Part shown: positions 12,533-25,715 of the stretch, piece after piece
Numbering within the stretch: the first letter of the stretch is position 1
Layout of the letters: each line of letters starts with the position of its first letter
From: Octopus sinensis
Taxonomy: Eukaryota
Assembly (NCBI RefSeq): GCF_006345805.1
Contig: NC_043000.1
Coordinates: 15,066,001 to 15,130,000, forward strand
Direction of reading: 5' to 3'
DNA: 64,000 nucleotides
The notes under the pieces: generated by a model
Seen by the model: only the letters and a program-made list of their open reading frames with translations
What the model was told of the DNA's origin: nothing
Databases searched by the model: none
Program-made: the position numbers and the translations under genes

Positions 12533-13267
12533 AAGCACACACACACAGATGTATGTGTTTTGGTGAGTGTGTTTGCATGCAAATAAGTTGTTCATTTCCA
12601 GTTTTCCACAAAAAAAAAAACATGTCTGGCCTTGAGAAAATATTACCTTGCTTGGAAACAGGTGAGGGTTGGTGATGAGACAGACATCCACTCATAGAAA
12701 ATTTACCTCAGCTAATTCTGTCCAGTCTGTACAAATATGGGAAAGTGGCTGTTCAACGATGATAATGATTAGAGTATATCAAAAGTGTAAAATACAAAGT
12801 GAATACCGAGAATCGATCAGTAATGGTTATTATAAAAGGTAGGATTAATGTGATACATTAAATGTATCATATAAACTCGAGAGACCAGTTGACTAAGTTA
12901 TGAAACAAGGTATCAAAAGAATCATTATCAATAATTAATAATTAAGAAGATGACTACTTTTCTTTGAACTTATATGAACATGGACCATGCTTGTGATAAA
13001 GTAAGTGTATGAAACAAAACATGGAATGCAGTAGTTAAATCAAACTTTTACATCGTTAGATATCTGTGTTGAGCTTAAGATAACAATGGATGCTATATAA
13101 TTGACCCATCCAACCAGTGCAAAAGAGGATTATTATTTTGGGGTTGTGGTTTTTGGGAAGTAGTAAAAAATATTTCTCAGTAAATTATTTGATTTTTATT
13201 TATGTAGATGGTATAATGCTTACGTTTTCTGTATAAATTTACTAAAACCATTAATGTTTATTAGTAA

Positions 13268-13761
13268 CTAGCAGTATCGCTCGGGTTTGTAAGTGAAATA
13301 ACTATATAAGCATTTTTAGTGAGTTATAGCAAAAAAATGCATTAAAAATGGAATAAAAAATGATGGTAATTTTGGTGTCTTCAAGCCATGAAGTCGTTGT
13401 TCTAAAAGAACGCTGGTCTCCTTGACAACGCTTTACGACGCTTACACTCCCTTCCCCACAGCTTCACGAGGGAGGGAAGAAGGGGGAGAAGCAACACAGG
13501 TGCAGGTGTGACCATGGACGCCAACTCCGCCGCCATCGACACACGAAAAATTATGCATTAAAATGGAAAAAAATTATGTTAAATTATTTTTAAAATCGTA
13601 GACTCATCGTAGACGCGCGCTAATACCCAGACGGGCTCGATATGAATCACAACTATAAGATACCCGAATTTGGTTAAACTGCACCGCAAAATGTGGGAGT
13701 AGTTAGGAATCTAAATCGTAGGAGACAGACACTCACACAACTACAGTTTTATATATATAGA
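13268..13761 (-). mobile_element. Non-autonomous Helitron, subfamily 1
   Basis: On the minus strand: A|TC 5' end and CTAG|T 3' end; reverse complement of 13896-14408. Confidence 0.8.
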
Positions 13762-13895
13762 TTAAACTTAATTTGCAACACCTGTGCATATTATTTTGTT
13801 GATGATTCTTATCAACGATTTTTCTTGTGGTCATGATTTAAGAAGACATACAGCAGTATGCTAGAGATCAGACATAATCCCTTGTGGGCAAGAAA

Positions 13896-14408
13896 TCTAT
13901 ATATATAAAACTGTAGTTGTGTGAGTGTCTGTCCCCTTCGATTTAGATTCCTAACTACTCCCACATTTTGCGGTGCAGTTTAACCAAATTCGGGTATCTT
14001 ATAGTTGTGATTCATATCGAGCCCGTCTGAGTATTAGCGCGCGTCTACAATGAGTCTACGATTTTAAAAATAATTTAACATCATTTTTTATTCCATTTTA
14101 ATGCATACTTTTTCGTATGTCGATGGCAGCGGAGTTGGCGTCCATGGTCACACCTGCACCTGTTTGCTTCTCCCCCTTCTTCCCTCCCTCGTGAAGCTGT
14201 GGGGAAGGGAGTGTAAGGAAATCAACGTTGTAAAGCGTTGTCAAGGAGACCAGCATTCTTTTAGAACAACGACTTCATGGCTTGAAGACACCAAAACAGA
14301 AATGGCTAAGAAAGCCCAAATTGGCATCTATAAGGGAAGTAACACTCTAAAAATGCTTATATAGTTATTTCCCTTACAAACCCGAGCAACGCCGGGCGAT
14401 ACTGCTAG
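13896..14408 (+). mobile_element. Non-autonomous Helitron, subfamily 1
   Basis: A|TCTATATATAT... start; subterminal hairpin CCCGAGCAACGCCGGG; CTAG|T end; no TSD. Confidence 0.85.
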
Positions 14409-14973
14409 TGTAGAATAAAGTTTATTATAGACAACAGAAATTGCGTTGACCAGTTAGTTTATATTCTATTACTAGCATTCTAGAGAAAGTTACCATATAC
14501 TTGTACATAAGGGCACAGAAACAGCTGTATGGTGCACCTATATGGTTTCTATTCAATTCCATTGTGCAGTGCCTTGGGCAAATATCTTCTGTCCCCCAAG
14601 GCTGACCAATGCCTTGTGAATTAATTTGGTATATGGAAACTATGTGGTAGCACATCATGTGTGTGTGTTTGTTTACAACCCTGTAACTTAGTGGCTTGAC
14701 AAAATAGACAGATATAATAAGTAGCAGACTTTAAAAAAAAATTACTACTAGGGTTGATCTAGGTGGTGCCCCAGCATGGACACAGCTCAGTGACTAAAAG
14801 AAAAAAAATGAATAAATGATAACTCACAAAATTTTACTTTTTTAAAAAAGTGCACACAATTGATCTTCCAAACTATACTCCAGTCTTGAAATTTGGAGTG
14901 TACACCAATACATGCACACAACACCAGCAAATGATTGAATGTGTAAAGCACGTAGTTCATGTCACTACTCTGT

Positions 14974-15338
14974 GGGCGCAGGAGTGGCTGTGTGGTAAGT
15001 AGCTTGCCACAAGGTTCCGAGTTCAGTCCCACTGCGTGGCACCTTGGGCAAGTGTCTTCTACTATAGCCTTGGGCCGACCAAAGCCTTGTGAGTGGATTT
15101 GGTAGACGGAAACTGAAAGAAACCCGCCGTATGTATGTATGTGTGTGTGTTTGCCTCTCTAACATCGCTTGACGACCGATGCTGGTGTGTTTACGTCCCC
15201 GTAACTTAGCGGTTCAGCAAAAGTGACCGATAGAATAAGTACTAGGCTTATAAAGAATAAGTCCTGGGGTTGATTTGCTTGACTAAAGGCGGTGCTCCAG
15301 CATGGCCGCAATCAAATGGCTGAAACAAGTAAAAGAGT
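14974..15338 (+). mobile_element. SINE family A (near consensus)
   Basis: Colinear with 1654-2039. Confidence 0.85.
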
Positions 15339-15606
15339 ATATACATTTATGATGTCATGCTTGAAAATAAAGGCAGTTACTCAAGCATAGTTCAGTTCTG
15401 TCAGCTGTACAACAGACATGCATGTGATGATACACAGTTCCATGAATTTATATATACATACTTTCCAAATGTGCAACATGTGCACTTTTCTATCAGCGGT
15501 TGTAATCTTAGTGTCTAATAAATCCTGTGTGCACGACATTGACGCTCATTTACAACTATGCTGTGATATCAAAACAAGGACACACATGCTGAGTTCTTTC
15601 AAATTC

Positions 15607-16011
15607 TTATTTCTTTATTGCTCACAAGGGGCTAAACATAGAGGGGACAAACAAGGACAGACAAAAGGATTGTCGATTACATTGACCCAAGTGCGTAACT
15701 GGTACTTAATTTATCGACCTCAAAAGGATGAAAGGCAAAGTCGACCTTGGTGGAATTTGAACTCAGAACGTAATGGCAGATGAAATACCTGTTTCTTTAC
15801 TACCCACAAGGGGCTAAACACAGAGGGGACAGACTAACGGATTATGTCAATTATATCGACCCCAGTGCGTAACTGGTACTTAATTTATCGACCCCGAAAG
15901 AATGAAAGGCAAAGTCGACCTCGACGGAATTTGAACTCAGAACGTAACAGCAGACAAAATACCACAAAGCATTTCGCCCGGCGTGCTAGCGTTTCTGCCA
16001 GCTCGCCGCCT
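15607..16011 (-). mobile_element. SINE family C, dimeric copy
   Basis: Reverse complement of head + body + second body, with the same junction as 3573-3960. Confidence 0.8.
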
Positions 16012-17007
16012 TTTCTTTCAAATTCTGTCTACCAAATCCACTCACAAGGCATTGGTTGACCTGGTGTTATGGTAGAAGACACTTGCCCAAAGTAATGTGT
16101 AGTGGGACTGAACTCCAAACCATGAGACATGCAAGGCATGTTTCCATGTGTTTGACCCCTATGATATGTTGACAGCCAATGTTGGTTTATTTACATCCCC
16201 ATAACATCTTACCACACAGTATTCATTTAAAGCAACATGTAACATATTCTGCAAGACCTGAAACTGCATCTGGTGACAAACTCAAGAATTCAAAAGTTTT
16301 GGAGATGATAAAGTTACTACTTAGTCACCACTACTCTCAGATCTGCTTTGGGTCAGGGTGGTAGTTCTAGTCATGGGCTCTAATTACGAGTCCTGTAGTT
16401 AAAGCATACAGGTCTTGGAAGAGGGCTGGTTCCTTAGACATGTCCTACAGACCCACCAGTGTATAAACATATCCCTGCTGTTTCCTGAATCCTTATCTAA
16501 GAATTAAATATGTTCTGTGCCTTGAGACCATGTTTTGAAAAGTAGATAACTAGCAGAGTAAACTAAATAGACTGGTAAGAAAGCAACAAGAAACTTACTG
16601 TATCTTTACAAACAAAAATCACGACTCTTCAGATTTTGGCATGGAAGTCTATGATTACTGACACCTGTGAGATCAAAAGAAATTGAAGAATTGATATAAT
16701 GCTTGCAGTAAATCCGGTATTGACAACATCTCAATATAATTGTCATTACTGAAAGATGAAATTTAAATAGCTTAAAAATGTAACATTGACTTAATTGTCC
16801 TTGAGTCAGTGGTATAACGAACAAGAGGATTATTATTCTTAATGTAGAAAGTAAAATGCATAAACTGAATTCAGTTGAGGTACAAGAATATGGCCCCTTT
16901 ATGTCAACATAAATACAAAAAGGTATGATTATATGCAAGTTTAAAAATTTCAGTTTTCCTTCTATCCTAAACATGTAAAATTTCACCTTATATTGGGTGT
17001 CTTATAG

Positions 17008-17346
<339 letters not shown>

Positions 17347-17754
17347 TGAATTAGGCCTGATGAGTATTTTACTTCTTTTGGTCCTTTAACTGTGAAATGA
17401 AATCTCCTGATTTTTCCAGCAATGATATTAAATATCTAGCAAAAAGTCAAATTAGTATTTTCTGCCAGTTAAGCTGCCTTTATAAACTTGACATTTCTTT
17501 ACAAAAGACAGTTTCAGACATGATGTTCCTCAACAAAAGATAAATTGGTATATAAAAGCTGCTTTCTGCAGTTAAGGGCAATGAAACTTTGAGTAGTTAT
17601 ATCTGATTTCCACAGTAAAAGGGTTAATATATTTCATTAGTACAACAGTGGTTTAACTTCTTCCCTACCTTTCTTGATGTTTGAGAGAAATTCATATGGG
17701 ACTAACTAGGGCATATTCAACAAGAAATCCATTAACTTTGTTGGATTTACTTAA

Positions 17755-17975
17755 CCCTTTAGCATTTAAACCGGCCATATCTGGCCAAAAGTATTCTGCC
17801 TGTTTTATGGTCAAACTGGCCAGATCTGGTCTCTCAGACCAACCCTACAATATCGTTTTTAAAATTAACAGCTACCTCATGAAAATCTCATAGCTTCAAG
17901 ATAATGCATGATTAGTTCAAAACAATGTGGATAAAAAAGCATTAATTTTGGCAGAATAATGCGAACACTAAAGGG
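17755..17975 (+). mobile_element. piggyBac-type MITE
   Basis: TTAA at 17751-17754 and 17976-17979; same family as 1015-1233. Confidence 0.85.
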
Positions 17976-19272
17976 TTAAAGTACTGTTGTAGAATTGATG
18001 TGAAACTGTTTCCTTCCCTTTCCAATCAATAGAAAACCCTTGATGAGATGTTCTCCTGTTTCACCTATCATTTACTTCTCAAAAACCAAAAAGGTTCTGG
18101 TGCTGTTTGTATGGCCTGTAGGAGGCTGAGATTCACTGAACAATTCATTTCCTTATGTTCTTTACTTTTGTTTCAGAGTAGGCTTCAGTTTGTTTCTACA
18201 CTAATATAACAAAACACAAGATACAGAAACACTGTGTTTAAGCACTTTTTATTTCTTCAAAATTCAGTATCAGTGTTGTTTCTGCAATAGATATTAAGAA
18301 AACATTAATTCTCAGTTTGCAGCCATCATTTTACTTTGCTCATTTTCTTGCTGATTTTTAGAGTGAACATCTTAAGCTGTTTGGATAAGAATTTACTGCT
18401 AGCTCATATAAATCATCTTAGCCTCTGTATATCATACTCAAAGCAAATACACTGCAAAAAGGCAAATTAACAGTGGTATTTGTCCCGAGATTATATTTCC
18501 CACATGTGTACTGTTCCAAAACACAAATATGTCAGTAGTGGTTGAAAAATCACAGGGCAATGGTCTTGAGAATGCTAGAGGCACACTTCTACTCCTTTGT
18601 GCTTTGACACTAATATGTGCTCACTGCCAATTACATGTTAAGACAAAATCCATTGCTACCAATATATGAAAACCATTATTGAAAAATCGCTTGTATTGCA
18701 GCCAGCTGCCTGGCTGAAGAATTTTCCTTTACGTATCCTGTTTTCATTATTCTTCAACATGATCTGTTTTGTTTGCATTGTGATGCATACTAATATGCGT
18801 AACCTGGTGGCTAGGACATAATTGTCTCATGATCATAAAGTGATGGGTTCAGTTTCTGGGCAAAGTGGCGTGTTCATTCCACATTGCTTCAGCGTACTCA
18901 GCTGTAATAAGTACTAGTGAGACACTGGTGCAGCCATCTCCATCCAGCAGTCACAGCCTTGACCCAGTTTCAATCAGTCATGGCTGAAGAGGCCTGAAGA
19001 AATGTTTATGTCTACTCGCAATGACATAGGACACCTCAAACAATTAACCATCTAGCCATACTCTCAAGTATGCTTTTCGTATGCAAGCCAGCAGGTTAAA
19101 AGTTGTACCATTTATATTGCTATGACACATGTTTAGTGAAGCTTTTTAAAAAATATGAGTATCCAAAATATTACATTCATTAAACAGAGCAGTAAATTAC
19201 TGACAAGTTTTGCATTTAAATTCAAATTCTATTCTTTCTGTCAAATATTTTTTTTTTTTTTTTTTCTTTTAG

Positions 19273-19344
19273 GGTTTGATATTTGTTGTAGATAGTAATG
19301 ATCGAGAAAGAATGACGGAAGCTTCTGATGAATTGCAAAAAATG
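19273..19344 (+). CDS. ARF4: Class II ARF coding exon 4 (72 nt; GLIFVVDSNDRERMTEASDELQKM)
   Basis: Long poly-T tract, ttag acceptor and GTTTGT donor; phase 0/0; not in the ORF track. Confidence 0.95.
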
Positions 19345-20164
19345 GTTTGTTCAATTGTATTTCATTTTATTTTCAAATTTTCATGTATAAAGAAAAACAA
19401 AGAAAACTGTTTAGAATGTTTATGCAAAACAATTAAAGTATAAGTTCTAGTGGATTTTGTATGGAAAAGGTTAACTGAACATAATACCTACTTCTTTACT
19501 ACCCACAAGGGGCTAAACACAGAGAGGACAAACAAGGACAGACAAACGGATTGAGTCGATTATATCAACCCCAGTGCATAACTGTCAACGATCACACTCG
19601 TATGGTGCTCTTTGCACCCCACTAGCATGGATGCCAGTCATCGAATTTCATTTTGATTTCACTTGCCTCAACAGGTCTTGACTGGAATTTATATATTGCC
19701 ATATTCTTTAGAATGCAGTTTTTGTGCAGAATTTAAAACTTGAAAGGCACTCTCAGACATTTTGAAATATAGCATCTGTAATGACTTTAGCTTTGTTTTT
19801 ATTGTATAAGGCTATTTCTTGATATGTCTAGCGTTTGTACAATAGTGCTGTTAAAAAATTCTAGGTTATTGTGCACCTATTGGGAGATATGTTTGAAATC
19901 TCTTTTCATGAAAACGGTGAAAGTTTAGAGCAAGTTGTCTTAGATTGCATATGGAGAGCATCTGTATGCTGAAAGGTAAGAATTGACAGCAGGAAGCTCA
20001 TTAATGTACCAAAGGAAGAGCAATGAAAGCATAAACAAACTCTAAGATACTTCAGAATTGATAGTCAGAGACAGAGTACCATTATTGATACGCGTTGTGA
20101 TTGAATACTCTGTTGTAATAGTATTTAATATTTAATAGCAATATCAAAATCAAATCAAATGGAA

Positions 20165-20602
20165 ATTGTAGTTGTGAGCCCCCGTGCCAGTAGCATGTAA
20201 AAAGCACCATCCAAACGTTGCTGATGCCATTGCCACTTTGACTGGCTTCCGTGCCAGTGGTACATATAAAGCACCATCCGATCGTGGTCAATGCCAGCTC
20301 CTCTGGCTCCTGTGCTGGTGGCACGTGAAAAAACATTCAAGCGAGCTCGTTGCCAGTGCCGCTGGATTGGCTCCTGTGCAGGTGGCACATAAAAAGCACC
20401 ATTTGAGCGTGGCCGTTGCTAGTACCACCTGACTGGCCCTCGTGCTGGTAGCACGTAAAAGCACCCACTACACTCTCAGAGTGGTTGGCATTAGGAAGGG
20501 CATCAAGCTGTCACTGCCAGATCAGATTGGAGTCTGATTCACCAGACCTCAAATTGTCCAACCCATGCTAGCATGGAAAGCGGATGTTAAACGATGATGA
20601 TG
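20165..20602 (+). mobile_element. RTE LINE 3'UTR fragment
   Basis: Several tandem ~50-nt units, GGAAGGGCATC motif, (GAT)n tail. Confidence 0.8.
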
Positions 20603-21027
20603 AATACAGCACAACTTTATCAACAAAGACAACATAATTCTCGATACAGACTTTAGTGTCTATATATAATTTTCTATGACTGAGCTGTTGCTATCAGTAA
20701 AAGGTAAAGTTATAACTTTATTGAAATTAATATTATTGTCAACTGCAGCGTGGAAAGTGTTAATAAGCATGGAATTTTGTCAGTAAACAAGTCATGGTCT
20801 CAAAGCGATGAAATTATCTTGACAAATTAAATTTAAATGTTGAAGTGAATCTAACAGTTTATGTGTGTTTTTAAAAGGCTTATAAACACCTTCCACACTG
20901 CAGTTGTTTTTGTTTCAACATATGATCTCAGATCAGGTCACTTGCTATGCAAGTACATCTCCGTAATATTGTAGTTTCCTTGTCAATAATATTGTTTTTG
21001 TTTTTTTTTTTTTTCTCCATTTTCCAG

Positions 21028-21150
21028 CTATCAGAAGAGGAATTAAGAGATGCAGTTTTATTGGTATTTGCCAACAAACAGGATTTACCAAATGCTATGT
21101 CTGTTTCTGAAATTAAACAAGCTCTTAAATTAGAATCTTTGGCAAAAAAG
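21028..21150 (+). CDS. ARF4: Class II ARF coding exon 5 (123 nt; [41 protein letters not shown])
   Basis: ttccag acceptor and GTACAT donor; NKQD G4 motif; phase 0/0. Confidence 0.95.
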
Positions 21151-22096
21151 GTACATTTGTTTGCAATAATTATTTCTAATGCACATGTAAAACTTTAGAT
21201 TTTTAAATTAAGTTATAAAGTTTAAAAACCTTTAAACAATAATATACACATGCATGATTGCTTAATTAGGAAGTTCACTTTGAAATCACATGGACTTAGG
21301 TTCAGTACTACTACTACATGCTATCTTGAGCAAATGTCTTCTCTATAACCCCAGGCCAACATTTTCCTTGACACAGAATTTGGTAGATGGAAATTGTATG
21401 GAAGCCTGTTGTATGGTTATGTGTGTTTTTGTGTTTGACCCCTATGATACTTTGACAGCCAGTGTTGGTTTATTTACATCCCCATAACATAAGCAATGCA
21501 GCAACAGAGACTGATAGAATGAGTACTAAACTTTACAAAGAAGAAAGCAAGTACTGGGGTTAATTTATTCATCTAAGCCCTTCAAAATGGTATTACCTGC
21601 ATGGCTGCAGTTCAATGACTGAAACTAGTAAAAGGTAAAAAAAGATGAATCAGAAACAAAATGTTAATGTTTGTCTTTTGACATTGTGTTCTTAATGTAT
21701 GCAAGGTATGTTTCCATGCAGAAAAGTTAGTGTCAACAGATTTACTGCATGTAGCGTTAAAAGGCCAACTAGAAATATGTAGTATGGAGGGGGGGAAAGC
21801 ACAATATTAGTAAACTAGCTGACCACATGCCATCAATAACGATGGCTAATTGTAGTATTTTATATATAAATAAGATACAAAATAAGGTACATGATAACCA
21901 CACATACAAACATTCATATAGTTCCCTTGTACACCCATACACATACTCACACAGTTAAAACGCTGATATTTTTTTCATCCCTTCTTTCAGTCAGGGCTAT
22001 TACTCTCACTACTTCTCCTTCACTTAATTACTATTTTCTTTCCTCCTTTGTATCTGGCGTGATTCTGGACAAATATATAAATATATAAAAACACTA

Positions 22097-22414
22097 TACT
22101 CTTTTACTCTCTTTCACTTGTTTCAGTCATTTGACTGCGGCCATGCTGGAGCACCGCCTTTAGTCGAGCAAATCGACCCCGGGACTTATTCTTTGTAAGC
22201 CCAGTACATATTCTATCGGTCTCTTTTGCCGAACCGCTAAGTGACGGGGACGTAAACACACCAGCATCGGTTGTCAAGCAATGCTAGGGGGACAAACACA
22301 CACACACATACATATATACGACAGGCTTCTTTCAGTTTCCGTCTACCAAATCCACTCACAAGGCATTGGTCGGCCCGGGGCTATAGCAGTGGGACTGAAC
22401 TCGGAACCATGTGG
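22097..22414 (-). mobile_element. SINE family A (5'-truncated, internal deletion)
   Basis: Reverse complement of family A; in ARF intron 5. Confidence 0.85.
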
Positions 22415-23433
22415 AACTATGCTCATTATTATATTAATACATGCTTGCAATTATTTCCAATTTTCCATGTAACTATGGGACAAAATTCTGGGTATATTTT
22501 GGTCCTATTCTGTCTTCATTAGTGAAGAATAACTTTCATTATACAATGTTATTGAATTAATAAGGAAAAACGCAAAATTCTACACTTATTGGCTGAAAAA
22601 TATAAATTCCTTAGAGATTAAGTTAAGATTCTCCATTTGCATGAAAACATAAAAATAAATAATAGATAGATAGTGTTAGTTAATGCATAATGCCTTAGCT
22701 TTATTAGCTAGAAATAATTATAGGAAAAAAGCATTGGCCAATGACCGATTTTATTTTCAATTTTTTCATCGAGACAGCTTCAGATATATTTTCTTTTATG
22801 TGTATAGTATGCGTGTGTGTGTGTCAAAACTTCTTCAGACTAATGAAGATAACGGTACTACTATCAGATGATACTAATGTCTTATGTGATCTCTGGTAGT
22901 CAACTCCTCATCATCATTTAACACCCATCTTCCATGTTGGCCTGGGTTAGATGGTTTGACAGAAGCTGGCTGGCTGAAGGACTATGCCAAGCTCTACAGT
23001 TGGCTTTGGCAAGATCTCTATAGTTGGATGCCCTTCTTAATGCCAACCACTTTATAGAGTATATTAGCTGTTATGTGGCACCAGTACAAGGCTTTGTGCC
23101 ATTTTATAAGACGTTCATAAATGATAGAACAGGGTGAAGATAATATTCTTTAACAAAAACTGAATATAGATTATTTAAATTATTTTGTTTGTGTGTACAC
23201 AAAGATAAGAGTACCAAACTAGATGTATTCTGTTTTTTTTTTTAAATCTCTAGTCTTGTGTTCAAAATGTACCCAAGCCAGCATTGTTTTTCCTTCTTTC
23301 ATTGTTGATAAAAATAAAGCTTTGTAATTTCACTGTAGATATAAATTTTAATGTAGGAATAGGATTATTTTTGCCTTTTCTGTAGTTGCTAAGTCAAAGA
23401 CGCCCTTTAACTTATACTTTTTAATTTTTACAG

Positions 23434-23523
23434 TGGTTCATTCAGTCAACATGTGCAACACAAGGTTCTGGTTTATATGAAGGTCTTGACTGGCTGTCTT
23501 CTGAACTATCAAAGGGTGTATAA
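23434..23523 (+). CDS. ARF4: Class II ARF last coding exon ([29 protein letters not shown])
   Basis: tttacag acceptor; CAT G5 motif and [10 protein letters not shown]; TAA stop at 23521-23523; not in the ORF track. Confidence 0.95.
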   Translation, partial: WFIQSTCATQGSGLYEGLDWLSSELSKGV

Positions 23524-24431
23524 AAAAAACAATACAAAATGAATAATAAACATTCGCAGAGTGCTTTAATCAACTCCTAGAACAATATGAAATATTCATC
23601 ATGGATTCTTGTATGTGTGCTGTCTGCCTGGCTTGAAAATGTGCTGGAAAGAATGATGTTCACTTGTACAAAGGATGGTTACAGGCTATATATATATATA
23701 TATATATATATATAATGTATACATATATATACAGAGCCACTGTTTAAAGTATGGCTGCATTAACATGGACCACTTTTTATGAAGTTTCTTCTCACGTGCT
23801 CAACATAAAGTGAAGAACAGCAGCAAATTTAGTTGTTGTCATTACACAGACTTGTAGACCTCTGATTTCACTTTACAATAACTTTGAGAGGAAATGTTTC
23901 CAGAAAATATCTTCAAAGCTATAAATTAAAGATTTTGCAAAAAAAAAAGGAAAAAAAAAGAAAAAGAAAAATGAAATACAAAAATAACAAAACACTTTTT
24001 TTTAATGTGTATGTATGTATGTATGTGTGTGTGTATATATATATATATATACATACATACAGACACACACACATACATATATATACTTTCTCCCCATTTT
24101 AAAAAAAATATTCTGACAAGTCCACATTTTGTTTTGTCATTTATTTCTGATAGTTTTAATTTGGGATTCTCAAAATGGTTTTTAAATCATTTTTTGTTGT
24201 CTATATCTCTCTTGTATTCTTTTGGGCCAATGTTATTAAATTTAAGATATTAAAATATAAATATTGTTGTTAAGTATAAAATATATACTTTCTAGAACTC
24301 TTTCAAACTTGTCCTGTATTAGAAATTATTTTTTTAATTAAAACTTTCTAAAGGAAATGCAGTATCGAGTAGTCATTCCATTCAATTGAACAAATATGGC
24401 TGGCCAGTTACCTTCTTAATATCTACTTTTG

Positions 24432-24500
24432 AATAAATGACAATCTGACACTGAAAGGATGTATGATCAAGATAAAAACTATGGAAAATGAAAAAATAAA
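24432..24500 (+). terminator. Candidate ARF polyadenylation signals
   Basis: AATAAA at 24432-24437 and 24495-24500, followed by T-rich sequence; a proximal AATAAA also lies at 23545-23550. Confidence 0.4.
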
Positions 24501-24805
24501 TAATTTTATTAAATTTTATTTTATAGTTTTTAAAAAAGAATTAGAGTTTTTAAAACATTTTACAAATCAAATTCGTAGTTGTGTTCATCAGTATAATGTC
24601 TTGACTGATTGTTTGTAAATAATATGACCGATGAATTAGTAGTTACTGGTGTTTTATAAGAGGACTGATTGTGCCCTTACATTATGAAGGGGTACTGAAA
24701 ATTTCCTGGCTTCAAGGCTATCATGAAAGGCCTGGTTGGTGGCCCAACTTTCTGAGTTCTTTTACAGGGGTTAGAAAAACTGAAGGACCAAGAGGGGAAT
24801 CATCA

Positions 24806-25304
24806 TCATCATTTAGCATCCGTTTTCCATGCTAGCATGGGTTGGACGGTTTGACTAGGATCTGGGAAGCCAGGAGGCTGCACCAGGCCCAGTCTGATCT
24901 GGCAGTGTTTCTACAGTTGGATGCCCTTCCTGACGCCAACCACTCCATGAGTGTAGTGGGTGCTTTTTACGTGCTAGGCGAGGCTGGCAACGACTACGAT
25001 CAGTTGGTGCTTTTTATGTGCCACCGGCATGGAGGCCAGTCAGGGTGGCGCTAGCAACAGCCATGTTCGGATGGTTCTTTTACGTGCCACCGGCACTGGT
25101 ATCACAACTACAATTTCCATTGATTTTTGAGCGATTTTGATTCCAATTTCACTTGCCTCAACAGGTCTTCGCAAGCAGAGTTTTGTGTCCCAAGAAGGAA
25201 AGGTATGCATAAGTGGGCTGGCTACATCCCAGGCAGCGGCCACAGGTTATGGCCTCACTTGTCCTGCCGGGTCTTCTCACGCACAGCATACTTCCAAAGG
25301 TCTC
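24806..25304 (-). mobile_element. RTE LINE 3' end (ORF terminus + 3'UTR)
   Basis: (CAT)n tail at the left; minus strand encodes ...RDLWKYAVREKTRQDK*. Confidence 0.8.
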
Positions 25305-25715
25305 GGGAATACGTTGAATAAAATCCTAATTAACTGATTCTCGTGTATTTTCTTTTACCCAAAGCCAGAAACTTTTCTGTACCCCCTCATGTATTCAGTC
25401 TTTAGAGAACATCTTTATTTTACGGCTAAAATCTAGCAACAATCTGCTAGTAAGCTGCTTTCTAGTGAGAGCTCACTAAAGTTCACAAAACAGTGTTCTC
25501 CTCTCCATTTTTTGGCTAGTCCCAAAATGTTAAAAATTCTTATTTCAAACTATGCAACTTCATTCTGTTTTGTGAACTTCATTGAACTGATTTTTGTATA
25601 TTCTCGCCGCCAATAGTTGTTGTTTTTTTTCAGAAGTAATACTTTTCACTTGTATGAAACTTGTCGATGAAGGTAAGTAATTTGATGTTCATTGCTAACC
25701 GAAATATTAAATCCT

